From positions 96,001 to 160,000 of the forward strand of contig JBNKUM010000094.1 in the NCBI GenBank assembly GCA_050298595.1: a DNA stretch of 64,000 nt. The letters are read 5' to 3'. The notes beneath the pieces were generated by a model. The model was not told where the DNA came from. It did no database searches and saw nothing but the letters and a program-made list of their open reading frames with translations. Source of the stretch: Gammaproteobacteria bacterium. GTDB lineage: Bacteria; Pseudomonadota; Gammaproteobacteria; GCA-001735895. Shown one piece after another: positions 18,563-29,000 of this stretch; the first letter of the stretch is position 1, and the number at the start of each line of letters is the position of its first letter. A program made the translations under genes and the position numbers.

Positions 18563-20017
18563 TTAAGTCTCCTGATTATATAGTTCCTTCAATTTTCTCG
18601 TCAGCGTATTTCTGCCCCAACCCAGAATTTTAGCGGCTTCTATCTTTCGACCTCCTGTTTTCTCAAGCGCACATTCAAGCAGAGTTTTTTCAAACTGTGG
18701 CAATGCCTGCGATAAAATATCAGTTTCACCGGCATTAATATGCAATCGGGTCCACTGATAAAGCTGGTCGGCCCAGCTGTTTTGGTCACTATATTGCGGA
18801 GTTGGTGATTCGGTATCGGTGGCTGTGCTTGCTGATACGTTCTGTAATTCATCAGGCAGGTCGGACATGTGAATGGTATTACCTGTAGCCATAACGCTGA
18901 ACCATCGGCAGGTATTCTCTAACTGGCGTACGTTACCGCTCCACTCGTAATTGCTCAGGTATTGAACAATCTCTTTACTCAGGTTTTTAGGTGCTTCATT
19001 AAGCTCCAGGGCGCATTGGTGCATGAAATGGTTGAGTAGTAGCGGTATGTCTTCTTTACGCTCGCGTAAAGCCGGTAGATGGATTTTGATGACATTCAGA
19101 CGATGGTATAGATCTTCTCTGAAGCGCCCCTGTGCAACCAGCTCTTTCAGGTTCTGATGTGTGGCTGCAATAATGCGTACATCCGATTTTATAGATGTGA
19201 TACCGCCAACACGAAAGAACTCACCTTCGGCTAGTACGCGTAACAGGCGGGTTTGTAGTTCCATCGGCATATCGCCGATTTCATCAAGAAAAAGTGTGCC
19301 GCCATCGGCCTGTTCAAAACGCCCTTTATGTTGTCCCTGAGCACCGGTAAAAGCTCCTTTTTCATGACCAAACAGCTCTGATTCCAGCAATTCGCTGGGG
19401 ATTGCAGCGGTGTTAATGGCGATGAAGGGTTGATTGGCTCTTGGGCTATGTTTATGTAAAGCATGTGCGACCAGTTCCTTACCTGTACCTGATTCGCCAT
19501 TGATTAATACGCTGATATTGGAGCGAGATAGCCGGCCGATTACCCTGAAAACCTCCTGCATGGCAGGCGAGTCGCCGATAATGTCATTGGAGATTTCATT
19601 ACTGGTTGCTTTGGGTGAAGTTTCGAAACGTTTTTGAGTCGCTGATGCTGCAAGTGCGATAGCTTCATCAATATCAAAAGGTTTTGATAGATACTCAAAT
19701 GCGCCTTCCTGGTAGGCCTGTACGGTGGTGTCGAGGTCTGAGTAAGCGGTCATGATAATAATCGGCAGATCTGGGTCGAAGTTATGTACCTGCTTCATGA
19801 ATTCAAAACCGTCAATACCCGGCATGCGCACATCGGTGATAATGGTGTCTGGTTGATCGGTTTGCTGGCGTTTGAGTCGCGTCAGTGCTACTGAGGCTGA
19901 ATCAAAACTATGGACCTTATAGCTGGCCTGTTTTAAGGCTTTTTCAAGAACCCAGCGTATCGACTGGTCATCATCTATGACCCAGATACAGGCTTCATTA
20001 ATTGGTGTGTCACTCAT
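18563..20017 (-). CDS. ntrC: Nitrogen regulator NtrC
   Basis: REC domain, GESGTGKE, GAFTGA, C-terminal LGWGRNTLTRKL. Confidence 0.97.
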   Translation of the reverse strand: MSDTPINEACIWVIDDDQSIRWVLEKALKQASYKVHSFDSASVALTRLKRQQTDQPDTIITDVRMPGIDGFEFMKQVHNFDPDLPIIIMTAYSDLDTTVQAYQEGAFEYLSKPFDIDEAIALAASATQKRFETSPKATSNEISNDIIGDSPAMQEVFRVIGRLSRSNISVLINGESGTGKELVAHALHKHSPRANQPFIAINTAAIPSELLESELFGHEKGAFTGAQGQHKGRFEQADGGTLFLDEIGDMPMELQTRLLRVLAEGEFFRVGGITSIKSDVRIIAATHQNLKELVAQGRFREDLYHRLNVIKIHLPALRERKEDIPLLLNHFMHQCALELNEAPKNLSKEIVQYLSNYEWSGNVRQLENTCRWFSVMATGNTIHMSDLPDELQNVSASTATDTESPTPQYSDQNSWADQLYQWTRLHINAGETDILSQALPQFEKTLLECALEKTGGRKIEAAKILGWGRNTLTRKLKELYNQET

Positions 20018-21080
20018 GTTCTTCCTCTAGAGGTAATAATGTATTAAATTCGGTTAAGCCACTTGCGCTATTGCATTGAATAATGCCTTCGTGGCCGGTA
20101 ATAATTTGCTGTGCTATGGGTAGACCCAGTCCAGAGCCATCGGCTTTATCGGTCACCATCGGTAAGAAAATGTTTTCAATTAACTCTGGCGAAATACCCG
20201 GCCCGTTATCTATGACGTCTATCTGCATCACAAGTTTGTGGCGTTTATTTAAAATTGTGTGCTGACGTGAAACACGGGTTCTAAGGGTTATAATCCCCCG
20301 CTCCTGTTCGGCAACAGACTGTGCCGCATTTCTCACAATATTCAGGAAGGCCTGTATCAGCTGGTTTTTGTCAGCGCAGATGTCAGGGAGACTGGGGTCA
20401 TAGTCGCGGATGATTTGCAGGTTGTGCGTAAATTCGGCTAGTACCACACTGCTTACGTGTTCAAGTACTTCAAGGATGTTGACAGGGGCCTTGGTTATTC
20501 TCCGGTTCGGTCCCAGCATGCTATTGAGCAGCACCTGAAGTCGATCAACTTCATGAATGATGACATCGGTGTATTCTTTAAGTTCTGGGTTGCTGATTTC
20601 CCTTTCGAGAAGCTGAGCTGCGCCTCTAATGCCACCGAGAGGATTTTTTATTTCGTGAGCCATGCCTCGTGCCAGTTGTTGGCTGGCTAGCTGCTGGGCT
20701 ATACGTTGCCCTTCCTGAGCTATTTCCAGGTGTCGATCCAGCGGTCTGATTTCTAACAGCAAATTGAGCGCATCAAGTTCTATGATTGGGTGGATAGAAT
20801 AGTCGCAGGAAATATATTTTCCATTGCTCAGGATAAGTATGGCCTCGTGTTCGGTTACCTGGTGATTGTTTGCGACGCTAAACTCTAACGAAGACATGAT
20901 CGAGTTCTCTTCTTGTTTACTCAGTAAATCCGAGAATTTTTTATTAAATAAGGCGCTTTCGCTGGTGTCGAAAAAAACTTCTGCAGTGGCGTTAACCTGT
21001 TTTATTTGTAGATTCGAATTCATACAAATGAGGCTGCTATCCAGATAGTCGAGAATTTTGTTCGCGGTTATTAATGACAT
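20010..21080 (-). CDS. ntrB: Nitrogen sensor kinase NtrB
   Basis: PAS domain, MAHEIKNPLGGIRGAAQLL, RDYDPSLP; lies between glnA and ntrC. Confidence 0.96.
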   Translation of the reverse strand: MSLITANKILDYLDSSLICMNSNLQIKQVNATAEVFFDTSESALFNKKFSDLLSKQEENSIMSSLEFSVANNHQVTEHEAILILSNGKYISCDYSIHPIIELDALNLLLEIRPLDRHLEIAQEGQRIAQQLASQQLARGMAHEIKNPLGGIRGAAQLLEREISNPELKEYTDVIIHEVDRLQVLLNSMLGPNRRITKAPVNILEVLEHVSSVVLAEFTHNLQIIRDYDPSLPDICADKNQLIQAFLNIVRNAAQSVAEQERGIITLRTRVSRQHTILNKRHKLVMQIDVIDNGPGISPELIENIFLPMVTDKADGSGLGLPIAQQIITGHEGIIQCNSASGLTEFNTLLPLEEEHE

Positions 21081-21092
21081 AGATATAAATAA

Positions 21093-21108
21093 TGCAATTA
21101 TTTGACCA
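21093..21108 (-). promoter_or_regulatory. Putative sigma54 promoter of ntrBC
   Basis: Minus strand TGGTCAAATAATTGCA (GG-N10-GC, ending TTGCA). Confidence 0.55.
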
Positions 21109-21184
21109 ATAATTAAAAGTTGGGCAAAGACAGCAGTATGGCTCTTGTACAGGAGTCAGACTGTTGTATTGCGCTAATGATTAT

Positions 21185-21199
21185 GCCCAAAAATAGTGC
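21185..21199. promoter_or_regulatory. NtrC-type binding site
   Basis: GCCC-AAAAATA-GTGC, one mismatch to GCAC-N7-GTGC. Confidence 0.5.
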
Positions 21200-21249
21200 G
21201 TAAAGCAGTAAGTAAAGTTGGATGCTGATTTTGGGGCTGAATACCGGAT

Positions 21250-21279
21250 AAAAAAAGGCCCCTTTGCAAGGGGCCTTTG
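21250..21279 (-). terminator. Intrinsic terminator of glnA
   Basis: Minus strand AAGGCCCCTT-GCA-AAGGGGCCTT followed by a T-tract. Confidence 0.9.
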
Positions 21280-21302
21280 TATAACCGGAGTGGGTGTGTG
21301 TT

Positions 21303-22712
21303 TTAAACGCTGTAGTACAGATCAAACTCAACAGGGTTAGTAGCCAATCTTACGGCCTGTACTTCTTCGTTCTTAAGAGCGATGTAGCTATCGATAACGT
21401 CATCAGTGAACACGCCGCCTTCTTTAAGGAAGTCACGATCCTGATCTAGCGCTTTCAGGGCTTCGTCAAAAGAGAAAGCGACTTGAGGTATGGCTTTTTC
21501 TTCTTCAGCTGGTAGGTCATAAAGATCTTTATCCATCGCTTCGCCAGGGTGCATCTGGTTTTTGATTCCGTCAAGGCCTGCCATCAGGATGGCAGAGAAT
21601 GCCAGGTATGGGTTGGCAGTTGAATCAGGGAAACGAACTTCGATACGACGTCCTTTAGGGCTGCTAACGAAAGGAATACGAATAGACGCTGAGCGGTTAC
21701 GCGCTGAATAGGCCAGCATAACAGGGGCTTCAAATCCAGGTACCAGACGCTTATAGCTGTTGGTTGAGGCATTAGCGAAAGCATTGATCGCTTTAGCATG
21801 TTTTATGACCCCGCCAATAAAGAATAGTGCTGTTTCAGAAAGGCCACCATACAGGTCACCAGAGAACAGGTTTTCTCCATTTTTAGCAATAGAAACATGA
21901 ACATGCATGCCGTTGCCATTATCACCTACCAGTGGCTTAGGCATGAAAGTAGCGGTCTTGCCGTAGCTATGTGCAACGTTATGGATACAGTACTTTAGCG
22001 TTTGTACCTCGTCTGCTTTCTTTACCAGAGTATTGAAAGATACCCCGATTTCACATTGTCCAGCAGTGGCAACTTCGTGGTGATGAACCTCAACTTTCTG
22101 ACCCATTTCTTCGATGGCCAGGCACATAGCTGAACGCAGGTCATGTAATGAATCAACTGGAGGTACAGGGAAATAGCCGCCTTTTACGCCTGGACGGTGA
22201 CCCATGTTGCCGCCTTCGTAGGTTTTTGAAGTATTCCAGGCAGATTCCTGTGAATCGATTTGATAGAAAACGTGGCCCATTTCATTGCCCCATTTAACAT
22301 CATCAAATACGAAGAATTCGTTTTCAGGTCCGAAGTAAGCGGTATCACCAATGCCGGAAGCATTCAGATAAGCTTCTGCGCGTTTTGCGATAGAGCGCGG
22401 GTCACGCTCGTAACCTTCGCCAGTAGAGGGCTCTAGAATGTCGCAGGTAATGTTAACAGTAGCTTCATCTGTAAATGGATCAAGTACCGCCGTGGACGCA
22501 TCCAGACGCATGATCATGTCTGATTCGTTGATACCTTTCCAGCCAGAGATTGACGAACCATCGAACATTTTGCCTTCTGTAAACATGTCTTCATCCAGTA
22601 TCTGAGCAGGAATGGTTACGTGTTGTTCTTTGCCCTGTGTATCTGTAAAGCGTAAATCGACAAATTTAACGCCCTGTTCATTGATCATATTGATTACGTC
22701 AGCAGGTGACAT
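21303..22712 (-). CDS. glnA: Glutamine synthetase type I
   Basis: [26 protein letters not shown], adenylylation site KDLYDLP; GGAGG RBS before the ATG at 22712. Confidence 0.99.
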   Translation of the reverse strand: MSPADVINMINEQGVKFVDLRFTDTQGKEQHVTIPAQILDEDMFTEGKMFDGSSISGWKGINESDMIMRLDASTAVLDPFTDEATVNITCDILEPSTGEGYERDPRSIAKRAEAYLNASGIGDTAYFGPENEFFVFDDVKWGNEMGHVFYQIDSQESAWNTSKTYEGGNMGHRPGVKGGYFPVPPVDSLHDLRSAMCLAIEEMGQKVEVHHHEVATAGQCEIGVSFNTLVKKADEVQTLKYCIHNVAHSYGKTATFMPKPLVGDNGNGMHVHVSIAKNGENLFSGDLYGGLSETALFFIGGVIKHAKAINAFANASTNSYKRLVPGFEAPVMLAYSARNRSASIRIPFVSSPKGRRIEVRFPDSTANPYLAFSAILMAGLDGIKNQMHPGEAMDKDLYDLPAEEEKAIPQVAFSFDEALKALDQDRDFLKEGGVFTDDVIDSYIALKNEEVQAVRLATNPVEFDLYYSV

Positions 22713-22866
22713 GTAGCTATCCTCCAAAGAAGTTCAGGTAAGAAAATTGATAAGGTTAAGCCACCCATAGGGCGGATGAAAAACAGTAGCATTGTACAGA
22801 TAAATCTAGGCTAGCCAATTCTTACAGCGAGTATTTCATTAATAAATGCACTAAAAATAGCCGCAA

Positions 22867-22901
22867 GCACTTAAATAGTGCTCTGCGCACAATTATTGTG
22901 C
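22867..22901. promoter_or_regulatory. Two NtrC binding sites upstream of glnA
   Basis: GCAC-TTAAATA-GTGC (22867-22881) and GCAC-AATTATT-GTGC (22887-22901). Confidence 0.8.
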
Positions 22902-24020
22902 GTAGTAGGTGTTGATTTTCCCAATGAAATCCAGGTGAGTGGCAGCTTCAATTAAGTTCGTTGCCAGTGAGTGGTCTTTTCCGCAGGCCATGCTAATCGG
23001 TAGGATAATGTCGATTTCAACCTGGTCGCTCAGGTAATGAAGATGGATATTGATGATTTTATCCGAGCCTTCCACGCTTTCCCATGATGAGAAGAGTGAA
23101 AACAACAGCTCTGAACGTGAGGGTAATTTTACGATGCTGTCATGATCTATATCTGCGACTGGATCTATATGAACCGTTATATCGGAGATTTCGCTGAAGG
23201 TTTTTTTTACCGACTGCTCTAAATGCAGTGAAATGAAATGAGCTTCAGATACGCTCAGTCTGGGGTTTACACGTATTTCAGTATCGATATAACCTAAACC
23301 GCCCATAGATCGAGAGCGTAGGCTATGTACTGCAACAACACCGCCGGTATTCAAGATATGTTGTTTCACGTTATCAAGCAGCTCCTGATCAAGGCTGGTG
23401 TCGATTAATTCGGCAAAAGATTTTTTAACCAGATGTAATCCCATTAGAGAAATCATAACGGCAACGATTATTGCAGCCATGGCATCCATGTTAGGTGCCC
23501 CGAATATCTGTGCACCAACACCAGCGACAACAACTATGGAAGAAAATACATCTGAACGATGGTGCAGGGCGTTGCTTTCGAGTAGTGTGGATTTGATTTC
23601 ACGGGCAGCTTTTATGGTATAGCGATAGAGGAACTCTTTGCTAAAAATAGCCAAAAAAGCGAAAAAGAGCGCATAGGGTTCTACTGCTTGAGGAGCAGGG
23701 ACAGCGATGGAAAGAATGCCTCGGTAGCCTATTCCAATGGCAACTGCAAGTAAAGCAATGCCGAGAAAAATCGAAGTCAGGGTTTCAAATCTTCCGTGTC
23801 CATAGGGGTGGTCATCGTCTGCTGCTTTAGCGGCATGTTGAGCGGCAAACAGAACGACAAAATCACTTAACAAGTCGGCCAGGGTGTGTATTCCATCAGC
23901 GATCAAGGCAAGACTATGAGCAAAAAAACCAGATAGAATCTGAGCCCCAGAAAGTAGTATGTTGACCAGAATGCCGGTATAGGTCACACGTTTGATAACG
24001 GCATGACGCTGATTAATCAT
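22893..24020 (-). CDS. Cation diffusion facilitator (FieF-like)
   Basis: ADGIHTLAD, DHPYGHGRFE, HHRSD, C-terminal dimerisation domain VHIDP. Confidence 0.92.
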   Translation of the reverse strand: MINQRHAVIKRVTYTGILVNILLSGAQILSGFFAHSLALIADGIHTLADLLSDFVVLFAAQHAAKAADDDHPYGHGRFETLTSIFLGIALLAVAIGIGYRGILSIAVPAPQAVEPYALFFAFLAIFSKEFLYRYTIKAAREIKSTLLESNALHHRSDVFSSIVVVAGVGAQIFGAPNMDAMAAIIVAVMISLMGLHLVKKSFAELIDTSLDQELLDNVKQHILNTGGVVAVHSLRSRSMGGLGYIDTEIRVNPRLSVSEAHFISLHLEQSVKKTFSEISDITVHIDPVADIDHDSIVKLPSRSELLFSLFSSWESVEGSDKIINIHLHYLSDQVEIDIILPISMACGKDHSLATNLIEAATHLDFIGKINTYYAQ

Positions 24021-24243
24021 CGTTGCATTTTCTCACGCGGATAATGATTTCGTAATCGCCCTCGGTAATGCTTTCCAGCTGATGTCCATTGATACGGCAC
24101 CAGGCTGGAATGTCATTCTTGACCCCTGGGTCAGTGCAGGTAATTTCGATGAAATCGTCGATCATGGCCTGATTCACGGCATCCTGAAGCCGGATTACCG
24201 GCATCGGACAAAGTAAGCGTCGTGCGTCAACTTTAATCGTCAT
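24013..24243 (-). CDS. TusA/SirA-family sulfur carrier
   Basis: 76 aa, DARRLLCPMPV and TDPG..DIPAWC motifs; start moved to the ATG at 24243. Confidence 0.9.
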   Translation of the reverse strand: MTIKVDARRLLCPMPVIRLQDAVNQAMIDDFIEITCTDPGVKNDIPAWCRINGHQLESITEGDYEIIIRVRKCNDD

Positions 24244-24247
24244 GGAT

Positions 24248-25291
24248 TTAAACCAGGTACCAGTTTTGCGGCATTTGATGTGCTGCAAGTGGCTTAACCT
24301 TAACAGGGTGTGGGTCAATATCAGGCGCACTATAGCTAAGCTCGACCAGCTCTGCATCCTTACCCTTGCTAAAGCGGGCAACAATAGCACAGGCCAGTTC
24401 AAGCTGTTGCTGATTGAGTATTTCACCTTCAACCAGCGCGAGAGGGCCGCTATGGCTGATGGTTTTAATCGACTGGAACTGATTCCTGTAGCCACTTAAA
24501 AAACGGGTCTCGCCTTCTTCGCGTGCGATAATGAGTTTAAATCCAGCTTCGGGTCTGATATGTCGGCCCACCTTGAGCAGCATGATATCGTCAAGGTCAT
24601 ATTTTTTCTGTCCACGGTTATCCCATAGATCCTGTAATCGTACCGAATAGTTTTCATCAGTCAGAAAGCAACAACCGCCCGCCGGTTGAGCGTAATCCTC
24701 AAATCCAAATTTTGCAGCAAGTTCTATTTGAGGTTTGCGAGACCTTCCAGAAAAGCCATAAAGCTGCTCGCGGTCAACCCATTGTTCTCTTTCTGGCAGG
24801 GTTGGGGGCAGGTTTTTTGCGCACAAAGGACGTAGCAAGCGATCATCTGCTCCAGATTCATTGGAGATGATCGGCATGGTTTCCTTGCGCTGGGACATGG
24901 GTCTTTGGCCGATGACTTCACCAGTGATAATAAAGTCGAAGTTATTCTTCTCAATCCACTGCTGAGCTTTTTTTACCATGAATATTTTGCAATCAAGGCA
25001 GGGGTTCAGGTTAGCCCCATAACCATGACTGGGGTTGATCACAACATCCTTATATTCTTCAACGATATCCACAATGTGCAGTTTGATGCCGAGTTGTTCG
25101 GCAACCCAGAGTGCATTGTTACGTTTTGGTTTAGCCTTGTCCTGTTTACGGATAGCGTGGGTATGACCCTCAACACAAAAGCCTGTGAAGAAGTTGATCC
25201 CCTCAACATGCACTCCCAGTTGCTGGATAACTTTTGCGGCGAGTAGTGAGTCCAGTCCACCAGAGATAAGGGCAACAGCTTTATGAGTCAT
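24248..25291 (-). CDS. PP-loop tRNA sulfurtransferase (ThiI/MnmA-like)
   Basis: SGGLDS, CLDCK, TGEVIGQRPMSQ, GGCCFL; start moved to the ATG at 25291. Confidence 0.85.
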   Translation of the reverse strand: MTHKAVALISGGLDSLLAAKVIQQLGVHVEGINFFTGFCVEGHTHAIRKQDKAKPKRNNALWVAEQLGIKLHIVDIVEEYKDVVINPSHGYGANLNPCLDCKIFMVKKAQQWIEKNNFDFIITGEVIGQRPMSQRKETMPIISNESGADDRLLRPLCAKNLPPTLPEREQWVDREQLYGFSGRSRKPQIELAAKFGFEDYAQPAGGCCFLTDENYSVRLQDLWDNRGQKKYDLDDIMLLKVGRHIRPEAGFKLIIAREEGETRFLSGYRNQFQSIKTISHSGPLALVEGEILNQQQLELACAIVARFSKGKDAELVELSYSAPDIDPHPVKVKPLAAHQMPQNWYLV

Positions 25292-25361
25292 TCGGTTCTT
25301 GCATAAAAAAGGGCTGCTGATTATATCAGAGCCCTTATAGAAAGGAATGGTTAAGCAGGAT

Positions 25362-25763
25362 TTACCAGCACTTTGAAGAATCGGTTCCTGTGCCAGATTT
25401 TTGTCCCAGATTGTTAAGAGTAAGGCTAGTGCATTCAGCATCATTTGCCTGAGATTTCCCGCTGACAGGAGAAGCTGTTAGCGAGTAGGTTGAAGAAGTT
25501 AGTGTGACAGCAATGGTGTAAAAACCTTCTTCGGAAGTAATACTGGCATCGTTGATGATTGAGCAATTTGTAGTGTATGTACCATTTAACGCACGGCATT
25601 TTTCCAAAGAGGTCGCAGTTCGCTGAAGTTCCTTGCGGCCATCGGTGCGTCTGGAGGAGATAATATTATTTTGATATGACGTAAATGCAATGGATGCAAG
25701 AATTGCAATAATCGCCACTACGATCATAAGCTCTAATAATGTGAAGCCAGCTTTTTTAGACAT
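25362..25763 (-). CDS. pilE: Type IV minor pilin PilE
   Basis: AG/FTLLELMIVVAI, C-terminal C..LTL..G.K...CW. Confidence 0.9.
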   Translation of the reverse strand: MSKKAGFTLLELMIVVAIIAILASIAFTSYQNNIISSRRTDGRKELQRTATSLEKCRALNGTYTTNCSIINDASITSEEGFYTIAVTLTSSTYSLTASPVSGKSQANDAECTSLTLNNLGQKSGTGTDSSKCW

Positions 25764-25791
25764 TTTGATTTCCGAGTTTGAAGTGTTTTAT

Positions 25792-26091
25792 TTACTTTGG
25801 CATTACCCATATCGTGTCGACCAGGTCTCGTTTGTTTATGGTGATGACCTTAACCTTAACCCAGTCATTGGGCTTTATCATATCTATAGTGCCGGGTTTT
25901 CGGTTTTTCAGTATAACCTTAACTGTTGGAGATATTCGAAAATGTTGGTCATTCAATTGGATGAAATCTCTATCGATTTCATTAACGAATCCAGAATCAA
26001 CCAGGGATATAGCCTGTACAGCACCTGCACTGAAAAAAGAGATTGAAAATAATACCGCAGCGATAAGATTAACGTGCTTTGAAATCTTCAT
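25792..26091 (-). CDS. Small exported protein in the PilY2 position
   Basis: Signal peptide; lies between pilY1 and pilE. Confidence 0.55.
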   Translation of the reverse strand: MKISKHVNLIAAVLFSISFFSAGAVQAISLVDSGFVNEIDRDFIQLNDQHFRISPTVKVILKNRKPGTIDMIKPNDWVKVKVITINKRDLVDTIWVMPK

Positions 26092-29000
26092 TTTATAAGC
26101 TCCTGCCATGAAAAGCGGCCTTCGGGGACATCGGGTAATTCCTTGACTTTTGTCGGTACGTCGGCGTCGTATTTAAGGTCTTCAATAAAAGTGGGTTCAG
26201 GTTGATAACCAGCCTGTTTTATGCCCGCAACAGCTCTCCCATTGACCAGATCATTTTGATCGACTACTCCATTCTTGGTGTAGTCAATTACCGCTTCCAG
26301 TGGCGATCCGCCTGTAGTCATATCGACGGCTAATTGCCAACCATGACCACCAGATGAGCAGGCATTCGATGCAGCGGGAATGAAAGTATTGAAGAAAACC
26401 GCGCCTCCACGCGCAATTGGATTGGTGACCGCGCGCTCACCACTATCCGTTAGATTAAAATACCATCCCATTTTGGTAGAGTAATCGACTGCGTTTCTGG
26501 AAATAAAACGAGTATCACCCGACGCCGAGGTCTCAATTGTTTGTGCGATTAGGTCGTCAGTACGGTTTAGTCCGGAGTCGCCATTATCCCAAACGCCATA
26601 GAATGACTGAGTAGTTGTAGTCGCGATATCCGCATTAACAAGGTATTGACCCGTACCAAAATAAACCATCATGTTCGGAGCATTGCTCGGACTGGAGGAA
26701 TAGGGAATGGTGGGGTGTTTGGCGATTACCGGTTTTGTGGTAATGGGTTGCCCGGCTTCAGCGGTAAACAGAGGTTTAGGGTCTTGGCCCGCTTTATAAG
26801 CGACACCCCATTGGGAGGTGGAGGCAGAAGACATATCAAAAGCCCACATATTGCCTCTAAGGTCTCCAGCATAAACCCGGTCCACAGTTCCGTTACCATC
26901 TGTATCTATCAGAGCGGGTGATGCGAGGCCGTTTCTATTGTTGGCGTCACCAACACCTGTGGTAATTTCAATGTAATCTCCTGCAGCCCAGCCATCCACT
27001 CCTGCTTCTATATCCAGAATGAATAGTTTGGCCTGACCGCTTCCCTGATCGTTGTATCCATTGCCAAAAATTGCGTACCAGCGTCCATTATTCGCCATGG
27101 CAATAGCGGGTCGGCTATAGCTGTAACCCAGGTCGTTGTCGTTACTGGATGAAAATTCCCACATGGCAACCTTGTTGGCATTGGATTCAGTAAGATTTGC
27201 CGGATTAGTAATATCAAGTGCGAATAAACCACGTCCACCGCCGCGTAATCCACCGATTAAAACCGTATGCCATCCGTTACCAAAGCCTGTGGTCAAGTAG
27301 ACATCAGATATGGTTGGGGTCAGGTCTACATACCACTGGTGTACGTAACCGGGGTCGGTCAGGTAATGGTATCCTTTATTGATAGTAGAAGAAGCCAGAA
27401 TATTTGGTGCATAGGCAAAGATCTCCTTTCCCCAGGTGGAGGCGCTGGTGTCGTCAAAGGCGTGAAGAAATCCATCATTGGCACCAACATATACAGTTTT
27501 AGCTCGAGTGTTTGATAGGCCGTTTTTAAAATCCGAATACCTCGACCCAGATGCCGAAGGAAAGGGGGCTGTATCCGGCCAGGCCAGGTCAGACTTGCCC
27601 ACAAAAACGGGGCCGGAGTTGACAATGTCTCCTAGCAGTGAAAGTCGAGATCTGAAACCTTGACTGGTTTCAGAAGATCTGTCACCTCGTAGATACTCAA
27701 GACGGGCTGAAGCAATTGCATCACTGTCGGTTCCGCCAAGCGGGTTGGTGCGTAAATCAGCCTGCATTTCTGCGCTCAGATTGGCGGTACTCCATTTAAA
27801 TGGAACGCCTGTAGTGCCGTTATGAGTGATGATATTACGATAAGCTGCAATGGCAGGGTCATTTGTATAAGGCCGTGCGTTGAGCTTTTCTTCCGCGCGC
27901 CAATTCGGTTCGTCAGCCAGAGTGCCCAGGGTAGTGTTTCCAATGGGGTAGGCAGCAAGGCTGCCCTGCCAGCGATTTGAATTGAATCGAGCAACATAAA
28001 CAACCGAGTTTGTTGTCAGCCTGCCAGAATTGACCGCTACTGCTGCACCTATAGCCGTGCGACTGGCGATGTCCTCGATCGCATCTGATAATGCAGTCTG
28101 TAACTGAGCTGGATTCGACGCATCCAGATATTTCCCCCGGGAATTGTATGCGGCATGCTCAAGATCATCGACCCTCCTTTCGTCTTTTGTACTGGTCGAC
28201 GCGTCTGGCCAGGCAAAAGTGGTGTCTGTAGTCGAGGGGTGCGTGGTCAGTGTTCCCTTAAGGCCTAGAGCGATCGTATAGGTGACCAGGTGCTGGTGCG
28301 TAGCCTCATCCACTCCGCTAATAGTAGGTACAATGTTGGGTAATCCACTTAAATCATGCTCATAATAGTACATGGCTATATCCGCCAGGGTGACGGAATA
28401 ATTATCAGCGTATCTGCCACCATCAAATCCATCAACCTGTGTTCCGTCATCATCTTTATCTGCGTTACCGTAAGTTTCAGTTAGGCTAGCTTCACCGGTA
28501 TCATTTAACGAGTTCCAGTATCCGTCAGATAAAAAGATGTCGAAATTCTGCTGGCATGAACCACCATCGGCTGCTGACTGGATGGGGGAAGGATATTGTT
28601 GGTCAACTGCGCTATCAAGAGTACCTTCGAACAGTTTCCCGATTTTGATCAGAGCTTCGCGCCCCGGTGTTCCCTTACATGTATTGGGATAAGGGTAATT
28701 CGAGCCGCCATCCTTGTCTTTGCCTCTACCGCAGAGAATCTCGTGACCGTACATGTTTTTTAGCAGTTCAAGTTTGTCAGCAGGGTTACTTAGACTTTTT
28801 ACGGTATATGTACTGAAGTTACCCGGAGGTGTGTAGTAGCCATTAAATGCCGAGTAACCGGAACGCACATTATCGGTATTCAAAATGGTATGACCTATCG
28901 CGTTCTTGGCAACATAGGAACGCTTGCGATGGTATTGGTACCAATTCGCGAAATTAAGGATTTCCTGGGCATACGTTCTTCCCGAAGGGTAGGTTCCGGC

